The notes: generated from the sequence alone by a model not told the origin. Positions 46,447 through 60,887 are shown, counted from the first letter of the whole stretch. The stretch is DNA of 61,291 nt, filler included, from Diploschistes diacapsis (GCA_023645945.1; 4 parts of 4 records of this genome joined end to end with filler, not necessarily neighbours in it), one strand, 5' to 3'. Numbers and translations: made by a program.

Positions 46447-49400
46447 CTACCTCCTCCCCCTTCCTTTGCCATGTCTCCCAGTCTTCTCCCTCCTCGCCGC
46501 CACCTTCATCCTTTCCCTCTGCATCTCCCCAACACCCTTAACCTCGTTCTTTCCATACCCCTCCCTGAACCGCCCCACTCTCTTCTCCCGCGCGCCCTCT
46601 ACCCGCTTCTTCCGCACCTGATAATCATCCCGCCACCTATCCGCATCCTTGGGCGCTTTTTCTTGCTGGTGCCGGTAACGCTTGGCATTATTACCACCGC
46701 CTCCGCCACCGGCACTGTCTGGCCCGCCGCCTGCCCTAATATGCGGGTTTAAAAAACGTGGAGTAGCCGTACTCTCCTTCTCCCCAACGCGAGGTAGACG
46801 CTCGATGCGGTTCGCGCGTTTCCAAGCCTCGAAACGGCCGCTCTTGAAACTCGCCGCTATCCTTGCGCCGGATTCGCCCTTGATCCACTTCTTTCCCTCC
46901 CCGCTATTTGCTCCGGCGTTGCTTTTCCCCCTCTTGCCATCCCTTCCCGGCCCGTCATTGGCTGTGGACACGTACTTCTTATGCCGCTTGTCCCAGCGCA
47001 TGCGGGCTGGTTCGGCGAAGGCTGTGGCTTCGTCGGCGGTAAGGTCCATTGTCGCAGCGCGGGCATCAGTTAGGAAGGAGGATAGGGGTTGGTGGGTTGC
47101 GCTGGAGGAATGAACGGAGTAGCCGCGCTCTTCGTGGAGGTTGATGGAAGTGGGGCGGTAGGACATGTAATTTTCTGTATCCTGAACGGTAGAGGATGGT
47201 AGTTTAGAAGAGGGTGTTTTGAGGGGCTTTGTGAAGGTATTGGTAATAGTAATTTCGAGATCGGAAAAGTCATCTGTCACTTCGAGGTCTTCTGCGTTAT
47301 CATGGTTTGTCATGCAGCTTGTCTCGCCCGCCTCACCGGCGTCGGTTCCTTTTCCTGATCTCTCACCGGCTTTTTGGGCCTCCTCGTGCTTGCGCTTCTT
47401 GGCTTGCATCGTCTGTCGCCTTTTCTGAGCAATGGCACCTGCTTCACTTTGGTTTCCTTTCCTATTGACCTCGAAAACAGTTTCTTGAGGACGAAAGCCA
47501 GAAAGCCTAGCCAGCATCTCCTCTCTTCGAATTTCAGCATCGGTGGTCTCGTCGTTGAACAAAGGGTGTAGTTCCATCCAACGTGTAGACATAGATACTT
47601 CTTTGGCTCGTTTAGCGCTCTCTGCAGATGCAGGATTACGAGTTCGGTGATACAGCTTCTCGCCCTTGGCAGCAACGGATCGTAGCGCAGCGAGGTCGAC
47701 GTTCTCGTCCATCAACTTAGACACCCATTCTGCACATGTAGAGACCTTATCCCTAGGTAGCGCCCCAATACAAATGTCCGAGACATAGCTTGCGCCCTTG
47801 CCCTCACCTTTCGTTCTTCCGACAACAATGGGCTTCCCCAAGAACAACTGCAGATCTAGAAGGTACGGACAGTCTGACTCCTTGATCAAACTGTAGCTCC
47901 AGCCTTGCTGGCCTGCACGTGCAGTCCGCCCAACTACGTCAATCAGCAATATTCGCAGATAGTTAATCAAAATTTCCCTACCGCGGTGAACGAAGATTTT
48001 GGGTTGAGCTGGGAAGTCGTAATTGATCACATTAGCCAGGAGAGGGACGTCAATACCCCTATTTGCGCGGTTAGCATGCCATTGCACCGTAAGGTAATGT
48101 TTCGTGTACTCTATGACAGATTTTCAAGCTTACCTGGCGGCTACGTCTGTCACTACGAGAATGTTGGACACGCCGGTGCGGAAATCCTCAACCTGCATCC
48201 TCCGCGCGACTTGATCAAGCGACCCATACGCGTATGACACGGCATATCCGGCAAGCTTTAGGAGAGACGCAAGGAATTCCACCTGATGCTTCGTAGCCGC
48301 GAATATCAGAGTTGCGTGTTCAGTCGGCAGTTCATTGGATTTGCCCTCGACTTCGTTGCGTTTGCGCTTCTTGCCTGCCTTATATGGAACATCTTTTGCT
48401 TCCTTGGCTGGCTTGGTTTGACCAGCCGGAATATGTAGTACATCTTGAAGAAGGTGTAATAGCGCGCCTTCTCTGTCTGAGCTTTTCACCGTAAAGAATG
48501 CACTTTGGAGGTCAGGAGATATCTTGCTTTCCGCATCCAAGCGCACCAGTTTTGGTTCCTGAAGACCAGCTCTGGCAAATTCGACTAGGGAACGCGGTAA
48601 AGTGGCGCTGAACAACAGAGTTTGTCGGGACGGTGGCAATGCGTGTAAAATCTCATTCAATTGCACCGAGAAACCCATTTCGAAGAGGCGGTCTGCTTCA
48701 TCCAAAACCGCGTAGCGTACAGAAGAAAGATCTAATCCCATTTCTACTTGCAGGTGTAAGAATCTGCCCGGGGTAGCCACAATGATGTCTGGATTACTGG
48801 ACATCATTCCAAATTGTTCCTCAACGCTGTCACCCCCAACTAGCAAGATACTCTTGAGGTCTGTGCCCTTCCCCAGCTCTTTGATAACTTTCAGGGTTTG
48901 TAGTGCCAACTCTCGTGACGGCGATAGAACCAACGCTCTGGCACCCACCGTCGGACTATGCTGCTTGAGCTTTTCAAGCATTGGAATGACGAAAGCACCA
49001 GTCTTTCCGGACCTTTAATCGAAATTAGTAAATGCTCGCCAAACCAGCTGGCCGACTTGCCCAGTCCGTGCCATGCCCACTACGTCTTGTCCAGCCAGTA
49101 CGAGTGGTATAGTCTTCCTCTGGATCGGCGTAGGCACAGAGAACCCCTTCCGCGTAATGGCCTTGAGAATGTTTACATTAAGCCCCATGGCCTGAAAGCC
49201 CCCTCCCCTCTTAACAGTCTTACTGATATTTGTACCCTTGCGATTTGAAGCAGCCTGAGCAACCGCGATAAAGTCCTCATCGTCTTCGTCGCCAACATCT
49301 GCAACAAAGATCTCGGGGACATTGCTTTGGCTAATAGCCGGGTGGCCGTCGACAGAAGTTTCTCCATCCTCGACAGAGAAGTTGTGACTGTTGGCATCTA

Positions 49401-49464
49401 CCAGTACTGCTGATATGTCAAACTCATTTTCCGATCGAGTAGGTGATGCCATGCGATGAGGCAT
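46447..49464 (-). CDS. DBP10: ATP-dependent DEAD-box RNA helicase DBP10, multi-exon
   Basis: [66 protein letters not shown], and the DBP10 C-terminal domain ([27 protein letters not shown]). Confidence 0.96.
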
Positions 49465-49719
49465 CCTTGCGCGCAAAAATAGCCACAATAATTTCGACTC
49501 GTATTTTCAATTCAGAAGTATAGGTTCAAAATACGTGCTTAAGTTTCCCTAAGCTTTATCCCCGTTTGTTAAATCCCCGTAGTACCGCAGTTAAAAAACA
49601 CAGTCAATCATTTGGTCTTGGCGCATTTCGGCAAAAACTCTGTCAAGGCTAAACTGTTGTCGACATAACATGTTTGACAGGTTACTGGGCCACCCTGAGA
49701 AATAAATCATTTTAATTGT

Positions 49720-49790
49720 GCTAGCCGTTTTATGCCACGGACACGGACACGGACACGGACACAGACATTATAGTTAGAATTTCTTCGACA
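49720..49790 (+). mobile_element. Truncated terminus of the same hAT-type MITE family
   Basis: GCTAGCCGTTTTATGCCACGG followed by (ACACGG)n, matching the TIR and subterminal repeats at 19039-19685 and 60888. Confidence 0.65.
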
Positions 49791-51184
49791 TGGGCAGAAA
49801 CCACGAGATACTAAGAGAGGGTATCCCGTCGGGGGTAATCGACGCCAGCCGCTTCGGGCCCGAGGATGGTTAAGAGGTTGGTGTCACGATGCCAGGCCAT
49901 GTTTGTACGATTTATAAAATTAACTAATGAAGGCCAAAAAATTTAGAATAAGTTGCGATTTGTGCAGGAAATCTATATTCATTTATAAGCTAATTTGCGT
50001 AACTTATAAGTTAAAAAATGCGATTTTCATTAATAATAGAATGTTAGCCTAAATAAGTTAGTCTGACTGATTAAGGGATCCCTAATTAGGCGATAAAGAC
50101 TAAGATAAATAACTGAAATAATTGCTAGCCAGCTTGCAGTAATACAATAATGTTCTTTAGGGATCCCCACTTCCACCTTTTAACAATTCTGACTAGGACC
50201 CGCTGACCATGGAGGCATACAGGACATAATTAATCAGGAGGGCCCTGGTCGCTTTGCTGAATTCGTGTACAGGGAATTATAAGGTGGTCGATAGGTTTCG
50301 GACTGCAATACTGCATTCAGTCAAAGAACATCGATTGGTGATATTCGAAACATAGCAAGATATAAGTCCCAAGTCTTGAAAAGGCGGCAGACGGTAGGCT
50401 AGAGCGTAGCAATAACGATCTGAGACTTAAACAGTCCTCTGTTCACAATCTGTTGTAATAGAAGAGCCTTAGGGGTAAGTTCATAAGCTCACGGACCGAC
50501 AGTTTCGCCTGGGTGCAGACCACAAAAATTGGGGGCGTGGGGGTTTAGCCCTTGTACTCACACTAGTAGAATTCATAGATTGGTCAGATGCACACCGTGA
50601 GATCTATATAATATTATAATCTAATATCAGCGCCGTTTTCTATGACGGGCTAGATGTGTAGCATTCCTTACACTGTTCCTATACTATCCTTCAAGATCAA
50701 GCACTTTTGGTTCATCTTGGGCCCAATTGGCGAGCAATAATGGCTAGAGAAAGCCGAAAGCTGGTTGATTGGATTTCCCGCAGTTGAGTCCGAAATAAAC
50801 AGAACTATCAAACATGGGATCCCCTGACCTCAAGGTCGGTGCAAAACGGACTGGTAATGCTTTGGTACTCGGCCGGAGCTTTTCTAGGGCCCGCTAAGGA
50901 AAACTGCATCATCTGATCGGGCTTCTTGATGATTTCCTACTAAAACGACATGGAGCCTAAAGTTAGCTCGTCAAGCTAGCATTCACCGTACCAGACTGAA
51001 GTCAAAGCCAGTTCTCACCTGATAAGAACACTATTAATTACTTTCACTCCCGGAGTCCTGGCTTTCTGAAGTACTGCTGTTCCGGCCATCTAGTGTTACC
51101 CCCGCGAGCAGCAAGAGTTCTTAACACTGATGGAGACCTCTCCGCCCTAATAATGCTATTGCGTGCCTGCCGTGCTTGCAAACA

Positions 51185-54100
51185 ATGGTACCTCCTCTCC
51201 TCCGGTCCAAGGAGGATCGACAACAGAGGCCGTTTATGCAAAGCCCCTCATCTTCTCCCTTTGCACTGCGAAGTCGTCCAAACCCCACAACTAGAGCATA
51301 TTCACAAGATTCTCACCGCATCGCAGCTGATTATGACGAAGAATCCGATATCGAAGAAGAAGAGATTGCAGGATATAACGAAGTCGAGGAAGATGAGGAC
51401 GAAGATGACGAGGAAAGTGCGGGTGAGCTTACTCCACTTCTCCCAATATTCGAGGCCTCACATCTCGGTAAGTGAAATGCGAAGAGTCTAGTCTACGAAT
51501 TGATTAACGTCGCGGCAGATGCTCTACCAGTCTACAACCTGACCCATGCCATCCGTTTGCTAGTTGCGCCTCGATGTGAAACAACACTCACCTGGGATCA
51601 GCTGCGCAGCCCTCAAATCAGTCAGTTTATGATCAAGCCAATACAAAAGAACATTCTCACCTCTCATTTCTCTCGAGCCACGCTGTACGCCCTAATGGCG
51701 AATTTTCTTCAGTTCGGAAAGGAGGCAGTCGGGAGTCCCGGCAACAGTGGGACTAACAAGACAAGGGCAATGGTCTGTGAACTCTTAGCCATTAGACTTT
51801 TGAAGGAATACTCTGTACGGGAACTGATAGACGCTCTGTCGTATGAGTTCTTCCCTCTTCAGGGACTGACCGCTATAAGCGCAACTTCGACGCCCATACC
51901 AATGCGGAACTGGGAACCCTCGCCACTAAGCAAACAAGCACGTGTTGCTCGCATTTCAACGCTCGAGATTGCCATTCGGTCAGAAGCGAAGCGCTTCCTG
52001 GCACATCCACTTGTTGTTCAGCAGCTCGAGGCTATTTGGGCGGGGACGATAGTGTTCCATTCTGCGGCTGATAACGCTCACAGACCTCAGTCAAAGATGG
52101 TACCGAATCAAACCCGTGGCTATGGCGCAATAGGCTCGCGAACTGTTCTTCTAGCATCGCAGGATGCAATAGGATCATCTAAGCAGGGAGACCATAAGCC
52201 ACCACCCCCAGTCCTGACGCGGCGAACAGTTATTTTGTATAACCCTCGCGAAGCTTCACTGTTTAAGCTATCTCGTCTCCGAGTCCCCCGTTATCGATCG
52301 TTCTTCTCAACATGTTCTCTAGCTGTGCTGCTCGGCTTGTTCATGGCTGTCCTTGCGGCGCGCTCCACCGATATCACGCCTTTAGAAGTGCTATTCTGGT
52401 TCTGGAGTGCTGGCTTTATGCTCGATGAAGTCGTTGGGTTTACAGACCAAGGGTTCAGTCTGTACCTCCTGAGCTTTTGGAACTCCTTGGATCTCGGTAT
52501 ATTGCTGGTTCTGGTGATATTCTATTGTCTTAGAATATTCGGACTATTGATGGCAGGCGACAGCAAGGTACAGATCGCTCAAATGGCACACGACGTTCTT
52601 GCTGTCAATGCCATCCTGCTTTTCCCCCGACTGTTCTCCGTACTTGACCATTATCGTTACTTTAGTCAGCTTCTCATTGCCTTTCGAATGATGGCGCGAG
52701 ACTTGATTGCGATCCTTGTATTGATCTTGATCAGCTGCAGCGGCTTCCTCGTTGCATTCACCCTGTCATTCGGTAATGACCAGCTTCAAGCCAGGGACGT
52801 TGCCTACATACTGTTCCAGCTCATTATGGGTAAGTTGGGCCCTACCCATCATTCGACGCCAGCTTTGCCTGCATCTGGTATATTAGACTGACTTTCGGCA
52901 GGTTTCACTCCAGCAGCTTGGGACAGATGGGAAGGGTACAATTTTCTTGGCCAAGCGGCTTTGGTCTTGTTCCTCTTCATAACCCACTTCCTGGTCGTTA
53001 CCATCCTGATCACTGTCCTGACAAACTCATTCATGGCCATCGCCCAGAACGCTAACGACGAGCACCAATATGTTTTCGCAGTTAATACTATATCCATGGT
53101 GAAGTCGGATGCCCTGTTCTCCTACATCGCTCCTACCAATATTATAGCCTGGCTATTAACACCATTGCGGACGTGCCTACCCTTTCGACAGTATATCAAG
53201 TTGAACAGAACCATCATAAAAATCACGCACTTTCCCGTATTGTTCGGAATTTGCGCTTACGAAAGGTTGTTCTTAAAGAGATCCGTCTATGAGCCTGCAG
53301 ATCTTGTAGAACAGCGAGGTCGGGAAGGTGCGCAGCTGCATGCGTTTAACATGACAGGGACGAATAATCTCTTCGGTCCCAAAACCCCGAGAGCGCGGGA
53401 CAGATCGGCTGCAACGCATCAGGAGCGTGCTCTGGATGCAGTCTTTCGCCATCCACTGCGACATCAAGATTCGGCAATCACTCGTGGCACGGGGCGTACC
53501 GTAAGTAGACGTCCTAGAACCGAGCACATTGATACTTGGTTTTCGAAGATGGGTCCAGAAAATCCAGCAAGCCCTCCAGCAGAACAGGATCGCAAAATCG
53601 TTGACCGCCTGGAGCGTCCGACACTCGGACAGCGTAGGTCAACGCCAAGACCAAGACGACGTGAACGCAGAAATTTCACAGCAACAACAACCATGTCAGT
53701 AGTGTCGGATCCGGAACACTTCATGAACAAGACGCTAGAGCGTCCGACAGGGATCAGAGAAGAAAACGAATGGCTGGATGCATGTATGACCGACTCTGTT
53801 CAGCTTGCAGGCGAGGATGGAGACGATGAATTGGTGACACAAGATGAAAATGAAGAACCGAGCCTTCATAGTAAAGCCTTGAATGCTGTTAGCACTGAAG
53901 CACACGATTACTTCCAGTCCAAAGCTCAACCCAGTTCTCAGTTGCGGCAACAAGTGGCCGGTTTATCGCAAACATCAGAAAGTCGATCTATTTCCTTTGA
54001 GCCAGGCCTTTCCTCGTCATCAGCACGACCGAACACTTCAAGGACTCGCCATCCTCATCAAAGAAATCTTTCAACAAATACGATCTTATACAACCCGGTC

Positions 54101-54781
54101 ACCGTTACCGAAGAGTCCTCATCAGCCGGTCATACGATCGTCGAGTTGGACGAGAACGAGAGGCCAAAGTCGAGACACCTGACGCCACCCAACGAGAAGG
54201 AGGAGCCTTCTTTCTCGGTCATGCGCAAAACACCTAAGCATATCCGCCCCATCATGCCAGACGGCACGAACTTCCAATCCGCACCAAATCTTGCTGGTTT
54301 GCTAACGCTAGATGATCAACGGCGGAACAGAGGTGACCGCAAGGCCCCTTACCAACTGGACCTAATCTCCGATCTAGGGGACAATAAAGCGGTAGGCGAT
54401 CAGTTTGTCGGCGGCCTCCCCGCCTCCTTAGCGACGCACATGGGCCTCATGGCCGGCGTGAGAGCAGTTAGCGACGAAGGCGAGGACCAGCGGCGGATGG
54501 GCAAGCTCATGCTCGCAAGGATGAACACGCTTGAGGAGGGGTTCAGGGAGGTGCTCAGAGAGGTTAAAGACTGGGGGAAAGGCTCGGGCGCTGCAACGCC
54601 AACAGCTCCGATTCCCATGACGCCCAGGAGGAGAGGTGACGGGGCAGCCAGGGAAAGGGACGGGAAGACGGCCAAATCGCTGGGAAAGAAGAGGAAGGAG
54701 GGCGAGTGGGTGGAGGATGGGTCTTCCGCGTCCGACGCCCAGCGGAAGGAGCCCGAGGGGGTGAGTGGAAGCTCGGTCTGA
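51185..54781 (+). CDS. TRP/Yvc1-like nonselective cation channel, three exons
   Basis: TLTWDQLRSPQ, CELLAIRLL, STLEIAI..EAKRFLAHPLV..LEAIW.G, LSRLRVPRY, multiple TM segments, LFPRLF, LITVLTNSF, VKSDALFSY. Confidence 0.85.
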
Positions 54782-55789
54782 CTTAGTGCTTTGGGTTACA
54801 GTGTCTTGTATCTGGGACAGCCGGCCAACACAGTGCCTGTCGCACTGCAGGCGCTTGCTTGTTTTGCATCCCCACGGCGTCCGGCTGCTACGTCTGAGCG
54901 GTGTGGCGTGCTGTGCCGAGTAGGCTTTGTTCTTTTTTGGCGGCGGATTTGCTTTCCATGTGCTTTGATACCCCTTTTTGCCGCTCGGTGGTAATGTTTT
55001 TCTGCTTTTGCCTGAGCTTTTCTATTACTGATAGACGGAGTGACTTAAAAGAAAGTGTCTGACAAGGCACAGACGCTTTTCCGACTGGACTACATGAGAG
55101 CTAACAACGTAAAGGATGACCGAGTTTCCGCGTCTCTTGAGAGAGTAGATATTATTTATACACGTACTAGACACTATAACCTGTTCGGAAGATAAGGCAC
55201 CATTTCCTGAAGATCATACGCCTCGTTCCAGGAGTTATGGACATGTATAAACCAAGTCGAAACCCTTGACCTATCAATATGCACATCTTATTTTCTGTAT
55301 TCACTTACAGCGAAGCTTTCTTCAGAGTAGATGGCTGTATATCACGATCACGGTGATGGGGAAGGATCTGTTATCATGGAACTGCATACGTAATGAGGCG
55401 CCCATTTCCTTTTTTTTTTTTTTACCTCTCTTTCCATTTCTCGCGAAATCCTGGCTTCGGAAATATGGATAACCCGCTCGGTACTCCATGCTCCCTAGGC
55501 CAACCCGCTAGCGTCTCAGCAAGTGCATTTTGTGACTTGGACGATCCTCCTCGGTAGTCTAGATATAGCATGAAGCGCTCCAACGTGACTGTAAACTTAA
55601 TACTACGATGTTAATAACACTAATCACAGATCGCACCTTGGGCGTATGTACAAGTCGTACAAGAAGCCATTAAGTGAATTAAACCCCTTTTTGCGGGAAA
55701 CAAGAATGATAAACCGAGCCGCCCGAGCGCCGTCGCTTGCTTTTTCGCACGCTCAGGTTTGCTTCCTCGCGTTGTGTACGTGCCAGAAC

Positions 55790-57952
55790 TCAATTCCCTT
55801 CGTTCCTTTTCCTCGCCTCCTCGACGCTGTGGTGCCAGTCCGTTCGCAGCAGAAACACCACCTCGACAGCCGCAATGCTATGACCAGTCAGCACCCACCG
55901 TGCCATCTGATTGATGCATCGGAGAATGAGAAGCAAAACTTACAAAGCAAGCGCAATAGCCACGCCGCTCCACAATCCCCTTAGCTCCCACCCTAAGCCG
56001 AATGCGGTCCCAAAACTTAGCGGCATTGCCATACCGTAATAGAAGATCAGCTGCACGTAGCCGCCTACTTCCTGCCTCCCCAATCCGCGCAGCGTACCGT
56101 TACAGATGGCCGCAATCGCATCGAACAGCTGGAATGCTGCGCATATGGGCAAAGCGTTGGCCACAAGAGCGTGCACGTGCGGATCGCTTGTGAAGAGCCG
56201 CGGGAGAAAGTCTTTGAGGCCCCAGAGGATGGCGAGGTTGAAGACGCCAACGACCACAGAGATGGCGCCGGCGACCTTCGTGGTCATGATCGCCGCGTCG
56301 ACGAGCGTAGCGCCGATGAGGTTGGCGATTCGAGTGGATGCGGCGATGGACAAGGGGAAGGGAAGCTGCCACGTTATCGAACAGAGGGTGGCGAGAACGC
56401 TCTGTGCAGCAAGGGCGTCGGTGCCAAAGTACGCGGCTGCGAGCGTCAACAGTTCGAAGGCGAGACACTCTGCTTCTACCATTATCACACCCGGCAGAGC
56501 TAGCTTGACCATGGGCCCCCAGTTCCTGAGTGCACGTTTGGTAAAGCCGGGCCAGCATTGCATGCCGTCAACGAAGCGCACGTAGACAAGGAGTCCAATG
56601 GGCAGGAGCCACTGTGTGAGCGCCACAGCGATGGGCGCACCAACGAAACCCCAGCCGAACTGCCAAACAAAAAGCCAATTCATGAAGGCGTTGAGGGGGG
56701 CGCAGACGAGGAGCACGTAGAGGGAGGCGGAAAAGAGACCCTGAGCTTGGAAGAAGCGCTTTGCGGACTCAAAAACAACATAGCCTGGTGCTCCGAAGAG
56801 CATGACCTTGAGGTAGAGGCCTGCGAGCCGAGCGACTTCAGGCTCGGGCACGATGCGCCGCAAGATGATATCAGAAGAGAGCCAGACGATACCGATGGGG
56901 ATGGTGATCACCCAGAGGAAGTAGATCATGCGCTGCATTTGGAGCCCAACCAGCTGTTTCCTCCCGGAGCCGTAGGCCTGTGCGCAGAGAGTGTCAAGAC
57001 TGGTGGCGAGGCCTTGATAGATGGCGATGCCGGTAATGTTGGCTGACATGCTAGCAAGACTCGCTGCTCCAAGCTCAATATTCCCCTTGTGGCCCAAGGT
57101 GAAGATACTAGCTACTGTGAGTGAGTATTGTAAGACAAATGTGACCATCAAGGGGGCTGAGAAACGAGCCATGACCAATCCCTCCCGCTGCCAGCTCGTT
57201 TTGATCTTTCCGGCCGTGACCGCTTCCTCCCATCTTTCGTCGAGGTTCTTTGGGTCGTCCAGACCGCCGTACGGGAGAGTTGGGTCTCCAAGAAGTGGGG
57301 TGGTTTCAGTGTTTGCCTCAAGTCCGCTGACCACGGCCGAGGCGGCTTCCGCATCGTCTGCGTTCAACACCCGTCTGTCTCCGCCAGGTATACCAGGTAC
57401 AGGTAAGTGCCGGTTGAAGAAGTCTCGTATCGATACTGTACTCTCTTTTGGAACCGGATGCTTTGGCGGAATGATGTTGTTGTCCCGCAATAGGCTCCGC
57501 TCCTCTTCTCTTGCTTCATGCCTTTCGAACCTCGTGGCAAATCGATCTGGGCCGGTCAAGCCAGGAAGCGCCATGGGCCTGAAGCCGCCGGGGATGAAGC
57601 TCGGTCTTCGATAGGAGCCAATCATTGAGTGTTCGACGGTAGATTCATTCCCCGGCCTGGCCGAGTAGCCGTCCGAGGAGCCGGACTCGTTGTCGGAGTA
57701 ATCTGGAGAATCGTCAATGGCGCTTCCTGGATCTTCGCCCTCATCTTCGAGGTCAGTAGCAATTGAACGTTGGACTAATGGCGAAGTGCCAAGAAAGTCT
57801 TGCAGATGTGAACGAGAGTGGGTGTATGATTGAGAGAGGTTGCTTTGCACAGTCTGCTGCGTCAACCGTGACGTTTGAGAGGAACGAACATCTGAGGAGC
57901 GTTGAGGCCTCAGTCGCCCGTCGAGTCTTCCGCTTGTCCTCCGTCCAGACAT
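55790..57952 (-). CDS. MATE family efflux transporter, two exons
   Basis: LGAASLASM, GLATSLDTLCAQAYG, FESAKRFFQAQG, LALPG..MVEAE.LAFE, LAAQSVL, STRIANLIGA, FQLFD...NG.LRG.GRQ. Last exon IAAVEVVF...EEARKRNEGN*. Confidence 0.93.
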
Positions 57953-58641
57953 AGTGATATCACGACCTCTAAGCAGTCGCACAAATGCAACAAGATAAAG
58001 GACAAAGTAGGAAAGGATGGGTTGGTAGTAAGACGACAAACGGCGTTACGAGGCGCAAGGAGATGTAGAAGAGGCACTATGTCACCTATAGTTAACTTTA
58101 TAGAGCTGAAACAGACAAACAGAGAGAACTGGCGGTGACAGAAGCACAGAGGGGGAGTTTTCCAAGGTTCTGTGAAGCCAAGCCCAGAAAAGCTTTTAGT
58201 GAGGTCAACGAAAAAGACAGTGTGGCCCAGCCAATCACTTCTGGGCAATCAGGAGGATAGCTTACACCTCGATTGAGTTTAGTGCTGCATAAATAAATGC
58301 ACGGGACATAAATCGGAGATCTTGAGACTCCGTTATATACTTACTAAGCAGAACTACACACGCTGAATGCTTTCGCGGCGACGGTAAAAAAAAAAAAACC
58401 AGTTGTATCCATACAAGTCTGCAGATGGATGCGTCCGTCATTCAAGTTCGGCTCTTCCCGCACGTGCCTTGCCTGCGATCGCTTAGCCCCCCAGTGCTAC
58501 TAGCTGTCTAGCTAGCCCGAGCTGAGCTGACGTGGGGAAATTGTATCTCATCTCATCTCGGCTGAGGTTTTTAACAGATCGAAGATTTCTCGACACACCA
58601 CTTTACTGGGGGACCCACTCGTCACCGGCTCGCTTATCGTC

Positions 58642-59287
58642 ATGCAAATGCAAGAATCTTCATGGCATCATCTCATTTCGCCCTTCCAGACCAACCCCGT
58701 CCATTCTGAAGAGTAACGTACCAAATCTGGACATGAGCTAGGCTAGCTCGTACTGACCGCTTGACTGAACGCTGACAGGAGCAGACGACCTGCAGCACTT
58801 TTGACGACAAAACCACTGGCGCCTCTGCTTTTTCCGAATGTCAGTTCCGATGCAAGAGACCATTGCGCCAATGAGAGGACATTTCTATCATGGCTTCGGC
58901 TGGCCACCTACATGGCTGTTGTCAGTATTGCCATCATCGTGTCCTTCCATCTGAAGAACCAGCCAACGGAACTGGAGAAGAAGTTTGCGCTGCCTTTTGG
59001 CTTGGTGTTCTGGGTGCTGAGCCTGGCTTGTCTGGCAAGTGGCCTTGCCAACTATGTGGGCACAGTTCGAAAGTATTCCGAAAGAAGAGCTTTGGTGCAG
59101 ACTGGGTGGAAGACGCAGGTGGTGAGTAAATATTTCTGTGCGACGGTCATGGCGTTCCCCTATCTTTGCATTGAACACTGGAGTATATTCATAGCTCTAA
59201 TAACATACAAATCAGGTATTCACCATCGTGGCAACCACAATTGTTGCTGCATGTATCCTCTTCCTGTCCACAAACGCTGGAAGATGA
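58642..59287 (+). CDS. DUF202-domain small membrane protein, three exons
   Basis: SDARDHCANERTFLSWLRL motif followed by hydrophobic segments and ALVQTGWKTQ. Confidence 0.85.
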
Positions 59288-59461
59288 AGAAGGTTCACGC
59301 TATTTTTGCAACTTCTTTCGCTGTGATTCAAGAACTCCCTTAATGCCTCTAACCTCTCTCCTTTGGCCGGATTCTAGTGACATCTCTGGTGTTTCAGTGA
59401 CCGTGGCACGGGGGACTCTACGGAAACGGGCTCGTCTCGATAAAAGAGGTCGTGAGGTCCT

Positions 59462-60479
59462 TCAATCCACTTCCAATACTGACCAAGTCTCGTCATCCAC
59501 CGTGTTGAATAGTAAGGACTGCTCACTGAGCTCGCGACAGGCATTGATGACTGCAGGAATTGGCAACCCTACTCTTGCCGCAATATCATGGTTGTGCAGG
59601 CCTTCGTTGTTTCGTGCATCCTTAATGCAACTGAATACCTTCCTCGCCACAGCGCTCATACCCTGTAGCTGATTTGCAAAAGCTGCATCTCCAGCATTCG
59701 CCCCATTGTAGCTCTGCTGCTGTTGCTGCTGCTGCCCGTAATCATTACCGCCCGCGTTACCTTCGGAATTGAGTGACCCGGGAGGGCCACGACTTAGGTA
59801 GAGGTGGACGTAGGTTGCTTCCAGCAGGTGATAGTTGATCTCATTCTTGTCTTTGATTTTCTTCATCACCGTAGCAGTGACGTGCTTCCGGTTGTTGGAA
59901 AACTTGATTGTCCCATTCACCTTCGCCCAATCCCCGTTCTCGATCGTCTCCTTGTTGGTCTGCAACGGATTTCCTCCCTCATCATACATCGGCGCGTCTA
60001 TATCGTTCCAGTCTTTGGCCTCTACCGTGCCCGTACCGTCGTCCATTTTGAATGTGGTGTTTGTGGTTTGCTTGGAGATGTTGCGCACTTGGCCTACGAA
60101 GCATATCCGCGTCAATTCCAGCCCGTCAAGCATTGTTTCTCCTCCCGAATGGATCTCTTCCGCGTCGAGGATTTGTTTGATAGTCAAGGGTCGGAGAGTC
60201 TCTTTCTCGTAGGAAGTCTACGTCAGGTCAATACCAGCTGCAGCATCCAAAACAAGTAAGGACCTCACCTTCTTCCCAACCTGACTACCGCCTTGAGAGC
60301 CTGGCAGGAACCCTCCGCCATCAGCTCCACCCTGTGCGCCGTACGAGGTTGTGGAGTAGTTGTTATGCTCATAATTGTTGTTGCCGTACGACGTCTGGTT
60401 GTATCCCCCTCCGTAGTTATTGTAGGCTAGGAAATGATGAGCTTTGAGCCCCCGGCATTAGTAGACAAACTATACCCAT
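59462..60479 (-). CDS. RFA2: Replication protein A 32-kDa subunit, multi-exon
   Basis: Gly/Tyr-rich N-terminus with GGGF, TLRPLTIKQI, OB fold (FVGQVRNI...DDGTGTVE), NEINYHLLEATYVHL, and winged-helix end LFNTVDDETW. Confidence 0.93.
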
Positions 60480-60887
60480 TTTTGGTGTTATTATGTTCCC
60501 AAACCTATTTACTCTCGACCGCTGCTCAGGTAGCTGTTCAAAGGGATGATAGCAACGGTGAGGTTATTTGTTTTAGAATGGCTGGGCCCACGCGTCCGGT
60601 CATGGTGGGGCGCGTAGCGTGTTTATGGGCTGGTCATGTGATACCCCGCAAACCTGTGAACCCCCAGCCTGAGGCTTGCAAATCCAGTGCCCGTTGAATG
60701 ATCTCAGGCAGCGTTTTCGTTAAAAGTAGGGTGGATAGGTGTAACAGCGGGGGAATAGCACCTAATAGGCAGCACTATCCCACTGAGCCAAAAGACTAAC
60801 CACAATGCTTTCAGGAACCCCGAAGCATTGTTTCCATTACACTATATATAGGTGCGTAGCTGTGGCAGTAGGTGGCAGATGTGTAAC

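Noticed and set aside
30712..60479. Apparent grouping of DNA-metabolism genes (MCM4, HOP2, RPA2)
   Set aside because: RPA2 is on a different contig, and MCM4 and HOP2 are ordinary neighbours separated by unrelated genes.
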